DNA of 64,000 nt from Octopus sinensis (lineage: Eukaryota): the NCBI RefSeq assembly GCF_006345805.1, contig NC_043004.1:5022001-5086000 (forward strand). The letters are read 5' to 3'. The position numbers and the translations under genes were made by a program. Below the pieces are notes generated by a model. It saw nothing but the letters and a program-made list of their open reading frames with translations, was not told the origin of the DNA and searched no databases. Of this stretch, positions 9,541-23,252 are shown piece after piece (the stretch's first letter is position 1; the number at the start of each line of letters is the position of its first letter).

Positions 9541-11658
9541 CATCATCATCATCATCGTTTAACGTCTGTTCTCCATGCTAGCATGGGTTGGACGGTTCGA
9601 CCGGGGATCTGGGAAGCCAGAAGGCTGCACCAGGCTCCAGTCTTATCTGGCAATGTTTCTACAGCTGGATGCCCTTCCTAACGCCAACCACTCCGTGAGT
9701 GTAGTGGGTGCTTTTTATGTGCCACCTGCACAGGTGCCAGGCGAGGCTGGCAATGGCCACGGTCGGATTGGTGTATTTTATGTGCCACCAGCACGGAAGC
9801 CAGTCGAGGCGGTGCTGGCATCGGCCACGAGTCGGATAGTGCTTTTTACGTACCACCAGACCAGGGATCCTGGCTGGTTCAATTCGATTTCGATTTCGCT
9901 TGCCCCAACATGTCTTCACAAGCAAAGGGGGTTGGCATGGGTGCCTGTCGTACGGTCGGATTGGAGTATTTTACGTGCCACCGGCACGGAAGCCAGTGGA
10001 GGCGGTGCTGGCATCGGCCACGAGTCGGATAGTGCTTTTTACGTACCACCAGACCAGGGATCCTGGCTGGTTCAATTTGGTTTCGATTTCGATTTTGCTT
10101 GCCCCAACATGTCTTCGCAAGCAAAGGGGGTTGGCATGGGTGCCTGTCGTCGGATGAGGTTCTATATCGACTTCGCTTGCCTCAACAGGTCTTTGTGTCC
10201 AAGGGAGGAAAGACATTCATAAGTGGGCTGGGCTCACTTGTCCTGCCTGGTCTTCTCACGTACAGAATATTTCCAAAGGTCTCGGGCGCTGGTCATTTCC
10301 TCAGTGAGGCCTAAAGTTCGAAGGTTGTGCTTCACCACCTCGTCCCAGGTTTTCCTGGGATACCTCTTCCACGGGTTCCCTCAACTGCTAGGGATTGGCA
10401 CTTTCTCACACACCTATCTTCATCCATTCTCGCCACATGACCATACCAGCGCAATCGTCTCTCTTGCACACCACAACTGATGCTTCTTAGGTACAACATT
10501 TCTCTCAAGGTGCTAACGCTCTGTCGAGTATGTACACTGACATTACACATCCATCGGAGCATACTGGCTTCATTCCTCACGAGCTTACGCATGTCCTCAG
10601 CAGTCATGGCCCATGTTTCACTGCCATGTAGCATGGCTGTTCATACACACGCATCATACAGTCTGCCTTTTACTTTGAGCGAGAGGCCTTTAGTCACCAG
10701 CAGAGGTAACAGCTCCCTAAACTTTGCCCAGGCTATTCTTATTCTAGCAGTTACACTTTCAGCGCACCCACCCCCACTACTGACTTGGTCACCTAGATAA
10801 CGGAAGCTATCAACTACTTCTAGTTTTTCCCCCTGGAAAGTGACAGAAGTTGTTTTCTGCAGATTTTCGGAGGTTAATGCTCCCGAGCATCTGCCACATA
10901 CAAAAACTATCTTCCCAGTTAGCCTACCTTTGACATTGCTGCACCTCTTATGTGTCCATAGCTTACACTGGGTACATCTTATAGAGTTTCTACCTACACA
11001 TTTTCTACAGATCGAGCAGGGCCATCTTCCTGAAGACATTTGTGGATTGTCTACCTTCCTACTTATTAGTACTTTGGTTTTAGCTAGGTTGACTCTAAGG
11101 CCCCTCGATTCTAAACCCTCCTTCCACACCTGGAACTTCTCCTCCAGTTCTGATAGTGACTCAGCAATAAGAGCAAGGTCGTCAGCATAGAGGAGCTCCC
11201 AGGGACAACCTGTCTTGAATTCCTCCGTAATTGCCTGGAGGACTATGATAAATAGGAGGGGGATGAGTACTGAACCCTGGTGGACCCCAACCTCTACTTT
11301 GAATTCTTCTGTGTACATGTTGCCAACCCTAACCTTACTTACGGCATCTCTGTACATGGCTTGCACAGTCCTCACCAGCCATTCATCTATCCCTAGTTTC
11401 CTCATTGACCACCAGATAAGGGATCGGGGGACCCTATCAAAAGCTTTCTCAATGTCAACGAAAGCCAGGTACAGGGGCTTATCTTTGGCTAGGTATTTCT
11501 CCTGCAGCTGCCTTACCAGGAATATAGCATCAGTGGTACTTTTCCCTGGCACGAACCCAAACTGCATCTCATCTAAACTAACTCTCTCTCTAATTAGTTG
11601 GGCTATGACCCTCTCCGTAACCTTCATTACTTGATCCAACAGCTTGATACCTCTGTAA
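9541..11658 (-). mobile_element. Young 5'-truncated RTE-clade LINE inserted into the (TA)n of a SINE
   Basis: RT motifs QFGFVPGKST, LAFVDIEKAFDRVPR, GVHQGSVL, LLYADD. (CAT)n tail at 9541-9556 and (TA)n on both sides. Host SINE halves at 9478-9525 and 11680-11855. Confidence 0.95.
10234..11657 (-). pseudogene. RTE reverse transcriptase pseudo-ORF with internal PHD-like finger
   Basis: YRGIKLLDQVMK...YADD... is open until an in-frame TGA at 10643-10641 (likely CGA>TGA), resumes in the same frame (TAMLHGSETW), has a 1-bp frameshift near 10366 and its natural stop at 10236-10234. Confidence 0.9.
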
Positions 11659-11889
11659 TATATATATATATATATATATTCCCATTCTGGGTGGTATAGA
11701 ACAACAGACTATCACAGGAATACTTATTTTTGCTAGCTGGAGCAACCTGAAATGAAGTGTTTCGCTCAAGAACACACAACGTGTCACCTGATCCAGGAAT
11801 CAAAACCACAATCTTACAATCACAGGTGCAACACACCTAAACACTAAGCCACACACCTGCACATATACACACACACACACACACATATT

Positions 11890-12125
11890 TATCCCTTTAC
11901 CCCTTTACTAGATCCAGTCATTGGACTACGGTCATGCTAGAACACCACCTTGTCATATATAAATAAAATGACAAGCTTCTTTCAGTTTCTATCTTCCAAA
12001 TCCACTCATAAGGCCTTTAGTCAGTCTGGAGCTATATAGTAAAAGAGATTTGCCCAATGTGCTACACAGTAGGACTGAACCCAAAGCAATTTGATTGAGA
12101 AGCAAACTTCTTATCACACAGCCTC
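11890..12125 (-). mobile_element. tRNA-headed SINE family 2 (CCTTGGGCAAGTGTCTT core), decayed copy
   Basis: Homologous to the full-length copy at 19210-19590. Further copies at ~13070, 14440, 15280, 16205, 21330, 23340, 32510, 36330, 37090, 41280 and 48630. Confidence 0.7.
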
Positions 12126-14735
12126 TGAATATTAATATATCTTATGTAGTAAGACGTTAGTAATACTCACTGCAGCCTAACAAAAGCAGTTACTAAATGT
12201 AATCTAACAATAATATTGTTTAAAATAATCATTCACACAGGCTGAGATATGGCTGCGTGTGCTAGATATAGTTAGTTAACCAGTCGATGAGATTGGATCA
12301 ACTGATGGAGATTGTTTTATTGATTATATTCAATAATAATACATTTTTAACATTAAAAAACACAGCAAAGGAAATTGACAAACAGTGGGATACAGCAGTT
12401 GTGATTATGATTAATCATTTTGCTTCACATATTTTCTGTTTGCTCAGGCAGCTCAAAAGTTTCAACTACAAACATAAAAAAGCCAATATCAGACATAGCT
12501 CTGAGATTTCAGACATTAGTAAGCTGAAGAAGTATTTCTTTCTAATTTTGGCACAAGGCCAGCCATTTTGAAGAGAGAGAGAGAGAAGTCAATGACCCCA
12601 GTGCTTAACTGATATTTGTTTTATTGACTCCAAAAGGATGAAAATCAAAATCAATTTTGATAACATTTGAACTCCACCAAGTATTTTGTCCTGTTGAACA
12701 ACTCTACAATGAACCAACCCTGGAACAATGCACAAAGTGAACTGGAATAATGCACACAGTATACAGTCCAAAAACTGTACACCAGAGGGGCAGTTTACTT
12801 GATGTGATGAAAATGAAAAGTACAGGGATGTAACTGTTGCAAGCTGCATCACAGGCAATTCATCTAAGAGCATAGTAACCCCCAAATTAGAAGTGATACA
12901 GGGGTACAGGACACACTTCAATCCAGTTACAGATAACATCTCTAGTTAGGGTGGCTCAATAAAATCACCCAATTCATGCTGCAAAGTGGACACCTGGTTG
13001 ATGTCCATCTGGTTGTGAAACTTGGCCAAAAAGAAGGAACACACACATACGTAAAGCTACACACACACAGTGAGTCTCTTTCAGTTCCCATCTAACAAAT
13101 CCACTCACAAGGCTTTGGCTGGCCTGGAGCTATAACAGAAGACACTTACTTGTCCAAAGTAGTGTGCAGTTGGACTGAACCTGAGACCACATAGTTGAAA
13201 AGTAAACCTCTTACCCACACAGTCACACCTGCACCTACAACCGCACCTCAATAATATGTATTCATCTAACTCATGCTAGTATGCAAAAACAAACATAAAA
13301 CAAACAAGCAAGCAAACAAGCTAGACATTCAGAGATCAATAAAAAAAATTTCCAATATTTTAGAAGGAAAAGCTGACAGTATCTACTGTTTTAATATGAT
13401 GGCAGTAAGAATTAACAGCAGAGACATAAATATGAAAACATTTAAATATCATTAATAGAATTTTTCAATAATATCACCTGATCATTATTGAACCATTAAC
13501 GTGTCGCATAGCAATAACTGGCTTTTTTTTTCTTGTCTACCTGATTCTGAACATTAATTTATTGATGTCTGACAGAATGTTACCAACAAAGAATTACACG
13601 TATCCGATTGGGAGGCAATCAAATAATGAATAAGAGTTTCACAATCAAAGAGAGATAAGAATTTATGAATGCTTGATATGTTTCAAAGAGAAATATAGCA
13701 ACTAAAGCAATCTTTCATTGACACACTCTCTGAATTAGTAAATCTCAATGACTATCCAAATACACCCTTTACTCTCTTATTTTATCCCTCTCTACTTTTT
13801 ATCTCCTAGCATAAAGTTACTCCTCTTGGGGTTCATAGTCTTGCAAGCTGCATGGCAATCTCACAAGTGCTGGTGTCACAAGAAAATCACTCTGTACCCG
13901 CTGTGAAGTGGTTAGCATTAGGAAGGGCATCCAACCATAAAACCATGCCAAAGCAGATATTGGAGGTTGATGCAGTCCTTGGGCCCATCAGATCCTGTCA
14001 AACTATCCGACCCATGCCAGCATGGAAGATGGATGTTGAGTGACGATGTTAATGATGGTTGTGGTATGTACAAAATACATAACCATGTTATACATATGTA
14101 AGGGACCTTTCAGAGAATAATAAAATATTTATTTTTAATTAATGCTGTCAATTAAGAAATTAGTCACTAAATATATTTCTCTGAAAATCATCATCATTGT
14201 CATCATCAGTCAAAATCCACTTTTCCATGCTTGCATGGGTTGGACAGAATTTGTTGAGACAGACTCTTCTACAGCCTGATGCCCTTCCTGTCACCTGTTT
14301 CTAAGCAAGGTGATATTTTCCCAGGATTGGACATGTTTTTGGTGAAGAATGGAAATCTACATCATTTCTATGATGACGATGCTCATTTACAACCATCACA
14401 TGATGCCTAGACAAGAGTACACACAAATACACATATAAACATGATAGGATTCTTTCAATTTCCACATACCAAATCCACTCACAAGACTTTAGTCAGCTTG
14501 AGACTATAGAAGACATTTGCCCAAGGTGCTGTGCAGAAGGAATGAACCCAAGACTACACAGTTGGGAAGCAAGCTTTCTAACCATACAACCATGCTTGTG
14601 CCTAGGATTAAAAATCAGAACAGAATTTTGGCAACATTTGCGTAACCAACTAAGTCAAATTCAAATCTCAAAATCTAAAATAAATCACACAATAAATCTC
14701 CTAATATTATAATGTGTAGTGTTTTTATATATTCG

Positions 14736-14767
<32 letters not shown>

Positions 14768-14772
14768 TATAA

Positions 14773-14816
<44 letters not shown>

Positions 14817-17194
14817 CGGAGATGTACTTAAATGTAAATGTTGAAGTGAATCTAACAGTTTTGTGTGTTTCTTAAATGGCTTATAAACACCTTCCACACT
14901 GCAATTGTATATATATATTTGTCCAAAATCATACCGGATGCTGAGGAGGAGGGAAAATAATAATTCAGAGAAGGAAAAGTAGTAAGAGTTATAGCCATGA
15001 CTGAGAGGGAGTGAGAGACAGGAAGGGGTGAAAAAAATTAGCGTTTCAACTCTGTGTGAGTATATGCGTGCATGTGTGTGCGTGTACAAGGGAAGTATGT
15101 GAATGTTTGTATGTGTGATAATTATGTACCTTATTTATATATAAAATAAAATAGCTGTCATTATTGATGGCACGTGGTCAGCTAGGAATAATAATAACTG
15201 ATAACTTGCTGTTGATGTAAAACGCAGCCTTGAGACACACAATATATGAGGTACAAGAATATCTTTATTATCTTTTTATGTTTTACTTCTTTCAGTCATT
15301 GGACTGTAGTTTTAGTCAAACAAATTAACCTCAGTACTTATGGTTTTATTTTAAGTCAAGCACATATTCTATTGACCTCTTTTGTTGAACTGCTAAGTTA
15401 CTGGGACGTAAACAAACCAACACCAGTTAAGTGATGGGGAGAGCAACACAATACACACACACACACATACATATATATGATGGGCTTCCATACAATTTCC
15501 ATGTATGTCCCATACTGGTGGCATGTAAAAAGCACCATTTGAGTGTGGTTGATGCCAGTGCTGCTTGACTAGCTGCCGTGCCTGTGGCACGTAAAAAGGC
15601 ACCACTCGAGCATGGCCGATGCCAGTACCACCTGATTGGCTCCCATGCCAATAGCACATAAAAACCACCCACTACACTCTCTGAGTGGTTGGCATTAGGA
15701 AGGGCATCCAGCAGTAGAAACCTTTCCAGATGAGACTGGAGCCTGGAGCAGCCTCCCGGCTTGCCAGTCCTCAGTCAAACCGTGCCATGATGATGATGAT
15801 GATGATGTTCCCTCACAAGGCAATTGGTTGAAGACACTTGCCTAAGGTACCACACAGTAGGTTCGAACCCAAGACCACATGCCTCGTAACACAGTCTTGT
15901 CTGCACCCTTATCAGAAAATACCTTGTATGAAACTTATAATGAATGGTGTTTGAGAAAACAATGATAATATTACAAATCAGTCTAACAGATATCAATATC
16001 AAAACAAGTTTTCCATTGAAAATCATATTTGATGGTAGAAATATGGATATAGAGAAATCAATAAAACAATATTTGTGGTCAATAGTAATCATTAAGTTAT
16101 TTTATTTTTAATGAATTTCAGAAGAAATATTATTGAATTACAATGTTGCCTCTAACAACATCACTTAATCGACATTCAAATAATTTCAGTTGAGTTTATT
16201 TATCAGTGACTGGTTGTGTGGTTAAGAAGCTTTGTTTGCCAACCACTTCGTTCTAGGTTCAATCCCACTTAGCATCAAGGGCAAATGTCCTCTACTTACA
16301 GCCTCAAGCCAACAAAAGCCTTGTGAGTGGATTTGACTGACAGAAAATGAAAGGAGCCTGTCATGAGTGTGTATGTGTGTGTGTGTGCACGCATGTGTGT
16401 ATATGTGTGCATGTGTGTATGTACATGTGTGTGCATGCACGTGTGTGCATGCGTGTGTGTGCATGCATGTGTGTGTATGTACGTGTGTATATATGCATGT
16501 GAGAGTTGATGTCTCCTTGTCTTGACATTGCGTAACTGTCTAAAACAAGTGTCACTGTCATACAAACAATGTCCTTCATTTCTAATCTTCCACAAAAACA
16601 TGTCTGTCTGGCCATGGGGAAATATCACCCTACTTGTAAACAGGTGACAGTTGACAACAGGAAGGGCACCTGGTCATAGAAAAATCTACCTCAACAAATT
16701 CCATTCAACCCATGCGAGCATGGAAAAGTGGACATCGAATGGTGGTGGTGCTGGTGCTGGTGGTGCTGGTAGTGTAGTGGTGCTGGTGGTGATGATAAAG
16801 GAGAAATACATTGTGCTGCACCTTGAGCAAGTATCTTGAGTTCACCAAAGACTGATGAGTGAAACTTGATAAAATTATGTGAAATTAATTAGTAATTTGA
16901 TAAACAGGGGGACTGTTCCTTTTAATTGGATAACAGTCTTAATCTCTCACCCTATTTTAACATCCTCACTTAGAAGTTCAGTGCCATAAACAGAGATAAT
17001 CTGTTACAACATTCAGACTAGGTTTCCTGTCTGATGATCTGTATTTTTCGATATTACAATTTCAGAACTTGTGTTATTAATGTCCAAGTCAAAAATTGCA
17101 TATGTAAAGCAATTGTTTAGGGAAGTTTTAATTACAAAATTTGGTTCTATCTTCTAATTTTGCAATATTACTCTTGACTTGACTAATTAAGATG

Positions 17195-17860
17195 GTGAGT
17201 TGGTAGATTCGTTAGCATGCCAGACAAAACTTTTAACAGCATTTCGTCCTTCTTTACAGTCAAAATTCAAATTCCCTTAAAGTCAATTTTGCTTTTCATC
17301 CTTTCGGGGTCGATAGAACAAATACCAGTTGAGCACTGGGGTGGATGAAATCAACTTAGCAACTTCTATGAAATTGCTGGCCTTGTGCCAAAATTTGAAA
17401 CCAATACTACTTTTAACTATTGTGTCTCATAGTTTATCAATTTTCTTTAGAAATAAGAATTTAAGTTTTCACTGTGGTTTTGGAACTGTTTGTATGAAAA
17501 AGATAAATATACTTTCTGTCATTATTCAATACTTTATCAGTCAAATGAAACAAAACCATCTGATCAATCCTCTGATCAACTTGTCTAGTTTGAATATGCC
17601 AAGAATTTTTAATGTTTTAAATTTTTTTTATTAAAAACAATAAAAAAAATTACAAGCTGCCAGTTTCATTAGTATGTCAGACAAAATGCTTAACTGCACA
17701 TCTTCCAGTTTTACATTCTGAGTTCAAATTCCAGAGAGATCAGCTGTGCCTTTTATCTTTACAGGGTCAATAAAATAGATACCAGTTGAGCACTGGTGCC
17801 AATGTAATCAACTTGACCCTCCCTTCAAAATTTCTGGCCCTGTGCCAAAAATTAGAAAGA
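17195..17860 (+). mobile_element. Two decayed Nin/Deu-core SINE copies (17195-17405, 17670-17860)
   Basis: Core cttttcatcctttcggggtcgatagaacaaataccag and its variant. Confidence 0.65.
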
Positions 17861-18084
17861 TTTTTATTCAGACCACTGAGAGTATTTGAAGTGGATGGAA
17901 TAAAGAAGCTGAGCTGAAAGTTAGGGTTAAACCTGGTTTCACAATAAGTTAAAGTAGAGGTTAAAGTAAACCTTTGAAGATAAGAATCAGATATATGGAT
18001 AAGACAAAGAACAAGTGTCAGATTATTAAAAATGAATTCACAAGAAGAGTCAAGTAAAATCATCAATCAAAAATCAAATCACAA

Positions 18085-18548
18085 TCAAAAATAGAAATTG
18101 TAGTTGTGGCCAATGCCAGTTCTGCCTGACTGGCTCCCGTGCTGGTGGCACACAATAAGCACCATTCATGCATGGGTCATTGCCAGTGCCACCTGACTGG
18201 CTCCCCATGCCAGTGGCACGTAAAAAGTACTATCCGAACATACTCGATGCTAGCCACCCCCACTACTTGCCCTGACTGGCTCCTGTGCCAGTAGCACATA
18301 AAAAGCACCATCCAAATGTGACCGATGCCAGTGCCGCCTGACTGGTTCCTATGCCGATGGCACGTAAAAAGCACCCACTACACTCTTGGAGTGGTTGGAA
18401 TTAGGAAGGGCATCCAACTGTAGAAAAATTGCCAGATCAGATTGGAGCCTAGTGCGGCCTCCTGGTTTGCCAGTCCCCAGTCAAACTGTCCAACCCATGC
18501 CAGCATGGAAAATGGACGTCAAATGATGATGATGATGATGATGATGAT
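18085..18548 (+). mobile_element. RTE 3' UTR fragment with several ~70-bp modules and (GAT)n tail
   Basis: Repeated tgactggctcc-gtgcc-nnn-ggcac-gtaaaaagcacc modules. Confidence 0.8.
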
Positions 18549-19209
18549 AAGTATCAAAGATATTCTCAAATTCAACATAATGTTTTAAAACAAACTTTAA
18601 CTTAAAACTCTCTTATCCATCCATCTGTCCCTTATAATTGCTCCCTGTTCCTTGGACAGCCATGGGAATATAGTTCTCAGGCACCACCTCCAAAAAGTAA
18701 CATCATTAGACTTTCTTGCGAGATTCCCAAGCATGACTAACTGAGAATATGGATGCTATCCAATCTTCTCATTCCCGGTCTACTCCTAGGTCTCTCCTGC
18801 CAGTTTGGCTTGGCTTGAAGAATCTTTTTTGTGATTCTTACTTGTAGCATTCTAATCATATCTTAAATTCACAAGAGTCAAAACAAGAACATACTGCTTT
18901 CAAGGTTCAGCTTAAAAATAGTTTAATGTTAACCAATAATCATCTGTGATCCATTTAAACTTTAATATATGAAAGTAATATGCAAAACGAAAATACTAGT
19001 TCTTTATTGTTGCAGAAAATATTGAGTGCTGCTATTGAAGTCACAACATAAAAGGGGAATGCTTTTTTTTCTTTTCTTTTTACTTCTAATGTTGGCAGAA
19101 AGTATGGGACCTCTACTAAATAAATCTTAACTTCAATCATGTATTTGTAGAAACAAATGAGCCAAAATTTCATGTCATTAGATCTAGATAAAGACTCCTC
19201 TATATAGCG

Positions 19210-19590
19210 TAGGAGTGGCTGTGTGGTAAGTAGCTTGCTTATGAATGACATGGTTCCAGGTTCAGTCCCACTGCGTGGCACCTTGGGCAAGTGTCTTCTA
19301 CAATAGCCTCGGGCCGACCAAAGCCTTGTGAGTGGATTTGACAGATGGAAACTGAAAGAAGCCCATCATATATATGTATATATGTGTGTTTGTGTGTCTG
19401 TGTTTGTCCCCTCAACATTGCCTGACAACCTTTGCTGGTGTTTTTATGTCCCCATAACTTAGCGGTTCAGCAAAAGAGACTGATAGAATAAGTACTAGGC
19501 TTACAAAGTATAAGTCTTGGGGTCGATTTGCTCGACTAAAGGTGGTGCTCCAGCATGGCTACAGTCAAATGAAACAAGTAAAAGAGAAAG
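19210..19590 (+). mobile_element. Near full-length tRNA-headed SINE family 2
   Basis: Head gtaggagtggctgtgtggtaag...ggttcagtcccactgcgtggcaccttgggcaagtgtctt, internal (TA)/(TG) tract, tail gtcaaatgaaacaagtaaaaga. Confidence 0.85.
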
Positions 19591-21560
19591 AGTATAGTTG
19601 ATCAACCTGCTAGAAATAACAGGCCAAAACCTCATCAAATTAACCCCTGCTGTTTGGTAGAATAGTAAAACACATTGGATGGTGTGGTTCTAAACAAATT
19701 AACACTGAAAGGGACAGAGTAGTGATTGCTGGAATACTTTTGTTGATTTGATCATGGTTTTTTTGCTCATTAAGAATCTTGAGAGTTAAACAACAACAAC
19801 CGAACATCAAATATGTATAATGTATGGATTAAACTGGCTGAGACTTAACTCTATTCCTCCTAACCTTTATACTAATTCCACTACTTGAAGACATACACTT
19901 AAATAACATCATTCACATTACAGTTACCAAGCAATTCAGTTTTTAATACTATGGTATATTAAGAATCTATGTTTCAACAATGTTGGTATTCTAGCAACCT
20001 GGAAAATGTTATCCTTTATAGATAAACATTTACAACACTTGACTAGAAGTGAGATAAATTTTCACAATATCTACTGCTTCAAACCTATTAATATCTAAAG
20101 ACAACCTATTTGTATATGAAGGACAACTAGTTCATTAGTGTCTATCAAACATTTCTAATATAAATGCAGCATATCAATAATGAAAAGAAAACAAACTTGG
20201 AAAGTATCTTATTCTTTACAAATGTCAAAAGTGACATCTTACATTAACCAATGTAAAATGTCATGCTTAAGATTTACTGTTTCTTCTAAGACATAAGAAA
20301 AAAACCACAAGTAGAAAAAATATGAGCTTGTCTTTTATTATCAGATTGTATTGAATAAATAGCTTTCACTTACTCAACTTGGAGACTCACTAATAAGCTT
20401 TAAGAACATGGCTTGTATCAGTAACTATTTAGTGATTGTATTTAAGCTGTATTGACAAGAAACACCATCCACTATCCCTATAACTATACATCTTCAAGCA
20501 AGCAAACACTGCAACATGTTTCCATGTCTGTATGGCCTGCCATATTTATCTTTCTCGCTACAGTCAATGTAACAGAAAGTAGGCAGCTCCTTTATTTCAT
20601 AGTTGAATGGTTGGTATTTGAAAGGGCATCTAAGTTTGAACATGCACTACTTCTATGTTTACCTTCCTGTAACTCTGGCATTTCTTCACCATTTTTTCTC
20701 CTTTTCCACCTGAAAAAACCATTTATCTTCTTTACTGCAAGATAACTGTTTCTGTCGCTTCTATCTTAGTTTAACCTCTCAACACCTGGCACAAAGCTAC
20801 CTCCCTCAATACTACTCGTCTCAATCAGTTGAGGTGGTCTTCTTTTGTGACTTATAAGGTGACCTCACTGATGCTGGTGCCACATAAAAGGCATCCAGTA
20901 CATTCCGTAAGGTGGCTGGCATTAGGAAGGGCATCAAGCTGTAGAAACCATGCCAAACCAGTCAATGGAGCTTGGTGCAAACCTCTGGCTGATTACCTCC
21001 TGTCAAGCTGTTCAATCCATGCCAATGCAGAAAACAGAAATTAAATGATTATGATGATGATGATCATCATCATCATCATCATCATCATGACGACAACAAT
21101 AACGATGACAACGATGACAGTGATGATGAGGAGGAGGTTGAGGATGATGAAGAAAAAGATGGCATGATCACAAATGGAACACCTTTGATCTGAGAAGTCT
21201 GTTTAGACCTGGATCTAAACAACATGTTGGCCTGGGTATGGAGGACCTGAGTGTATGATGGCCCAAGCTATGTTACAAGGTTGCTTGGTCCATCATAGAT
21301 TCAGGTCCTCCATACTAAGGCTTGGGTCAACTCAGGGCTATAGGAAAAGATATTTGCTCAAGGTGCTACACAGCATGACTGAACCTGAAACCACATGGTT
21401 GGGAAGTGAACTTCTTTATCCAAGAGTCACTACTGTAATTATTATTTAAAAAGTAAAACCAAAAAATAATTACACACAGTTGTAATGTAGTTCAAGTTGT
21501 TACCCCTCAAAGTAAAATGAAAAATGCTCAAAGCCAGAATCCTCAAATATGAGGATAACT

Positions 21561-21826
21561 TATGATTGAATATATGATAACTCTATATAACTGTATATAT
21601 GATACTGAATATATGATAACTCTATATAACTGTATATATGATATTGAATATATGATAACTCTATATAACTGTATATATGATATTGAATATATGATAACTC
21701 TATATAACTGTATATATGATATTGAATATATGATAACTCTATATAACTGTATATATGATATTGAATATATAACTCTATATAACTGTATTTATGATAGTGA
21801 ATATATAACTCTATATAACTGTATCT
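21561..21826. repeat. 39-bp AT-rich minisatellite (gatattgaatatatgataactctatataactgtatatat), ~7 units
   Basis: Direct inspection. It yields 13-aa periodic ORFs on both strands. Confidence 0.95.
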
Positions 21827-22209
21827 GTATATAGAGAAGCCTTGCTTCTCATTCAATGTACTGGATGTTCAACAACAACTTTTGTGTACCCAGCATTTAC
21901 ATTATGTTCATAATAATCTTGTGTTGTTATCTGCTCCTTTACCACATAATGAGCAAGGCCACTCCTCAATCTCAAATGAAAATTGCAAATTAAAGGAGAT
22001 AAAATATGATTCAGTAATGTACAACTATTCACATTTGTTTTGCACTAAGGTGTTTAACACTAAAGTATTCAACAACTGTTGTGTCGGAGAGTAATACTCA
22101 ACATGTCTTTTAACAAAAACATTTATAATGGTGTAGGGTTAAGTGACAAGATTTGTGTAAAAACAGGAAAAAAAACATAAGTCAATTTGATATACTCAGT
22201 GAATATATT

Positions 22210-22465
22210 CTTTTCTACTCTAGGCACAAGGCCTGAAATTTTGTGGGAGGAGGCTAGTTGATTAGATCAATCCCAGTACGCAACTGGTACTTAATTTATC
22301 GACCCCGAAAGGATGAAAGGCAAAGTCGACCTCGACAGAATTTGAACTCAGAATGTAAAGACAGACGAAATACCACTAAGCATTTCACCTGACATGCTAA
22401 CATTTCTTATTTCTTTACTGCCCACAAGGGGCTATGCTAACATTTCTGCCAGCTCGCCACCTTAC
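22210..22465 (-). mobile_element. Nin/Deu-core SINE carrying a 26-bp nested insertion
   Basis: Core and B box as in 4809-5035. Insert 22408-22433 is flanked by the duplicated 14-mer atgctaacatttct. Confidence 0.8.
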
Positions 22466-22922
22466 AGAGTGAATACACTGGCTTGACACTCAATGAAACT
22501 TTTAGATGGAAAAATAATGCCAACCACTCCAACAGTGTAGTGAATGCTTTTTACATGCCACCAGTACAGGGGCCAGAGGGGGCTGGCATCAACCACGTTT
22601 GGATGGTGCTTTTTATGTGCCACCAGCAAAGGAGCCAGAGGGGGCTAGGGAACCAGAGGGGGCTGGGAGCCAGAGGGAGCTTATATAAATCCATGAGATG
22701 CAACAGATAATGCAAAAGATATTACTTTCATTTCTATAGAAATTCTTACATGTCCCCCCACCCCATCACTGTCTACAAAGGCTAGAATTTACTGCCACAG
22801 AATTCCAATTGACCAACCTTTAAGAAAATTTGGTAGGTTATATCTTGCAGAGCTAAAACGTGCTCTTAACAAATATATTCCAAGTGCAACATATACATTT
22901 ATCCATTATTTAATGGGTAAAT

Positions 22923-23252
22923 GTTGAAGGTGCATGGCTAAGTGGTTACAGCATCGAGCTTACAATTGTGAGGTTGTGAGTTTGATTCCCGGACCAGGCT
23001 GCATAGTGTTCTTGAGCAAGACACTTTATTTCATGTTGCCCCAGCTGTAGAAAGGAGTTGCAACGTCCCTGGTGCCAAGCTATATCGGCCACTTTCCCTT
23101 GGATAACATCGGTGATATGGAGAGGAGGAGGCTCGTATGCATGGGCTATTGCTGGCCTTCCATAAACAGTCTTGCCTGGACTTGTGCTTTGGAGGGTAAC
23201 TTCCCACATACAATCCCATGGTCATTCATGACTAAAGGGGGTCACCCACCTT
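22923..23252 (+). mobile_element. tRNA-headed SINE with GTGTTCTTGAGCAAGACACTT (Meta/V-like) core
   Basis: Head ggtgcatggctaagtggttacagc...gtttgattccc. 14-bp TSD tttaatgggtaaat (22909-22922, 23253-23266). Confidence 0.8.

Noticed and set aside
16851-16870. CTGATGAGTGAAAC hammerhead-like word
   Set aside because: No room for stem II and no stem I/III; it derives from a decayed SINE core.
20510-20545. Minus-strand GAAACATGTT with a small hairpin
   Set aside because: Core CTGANGA absent.
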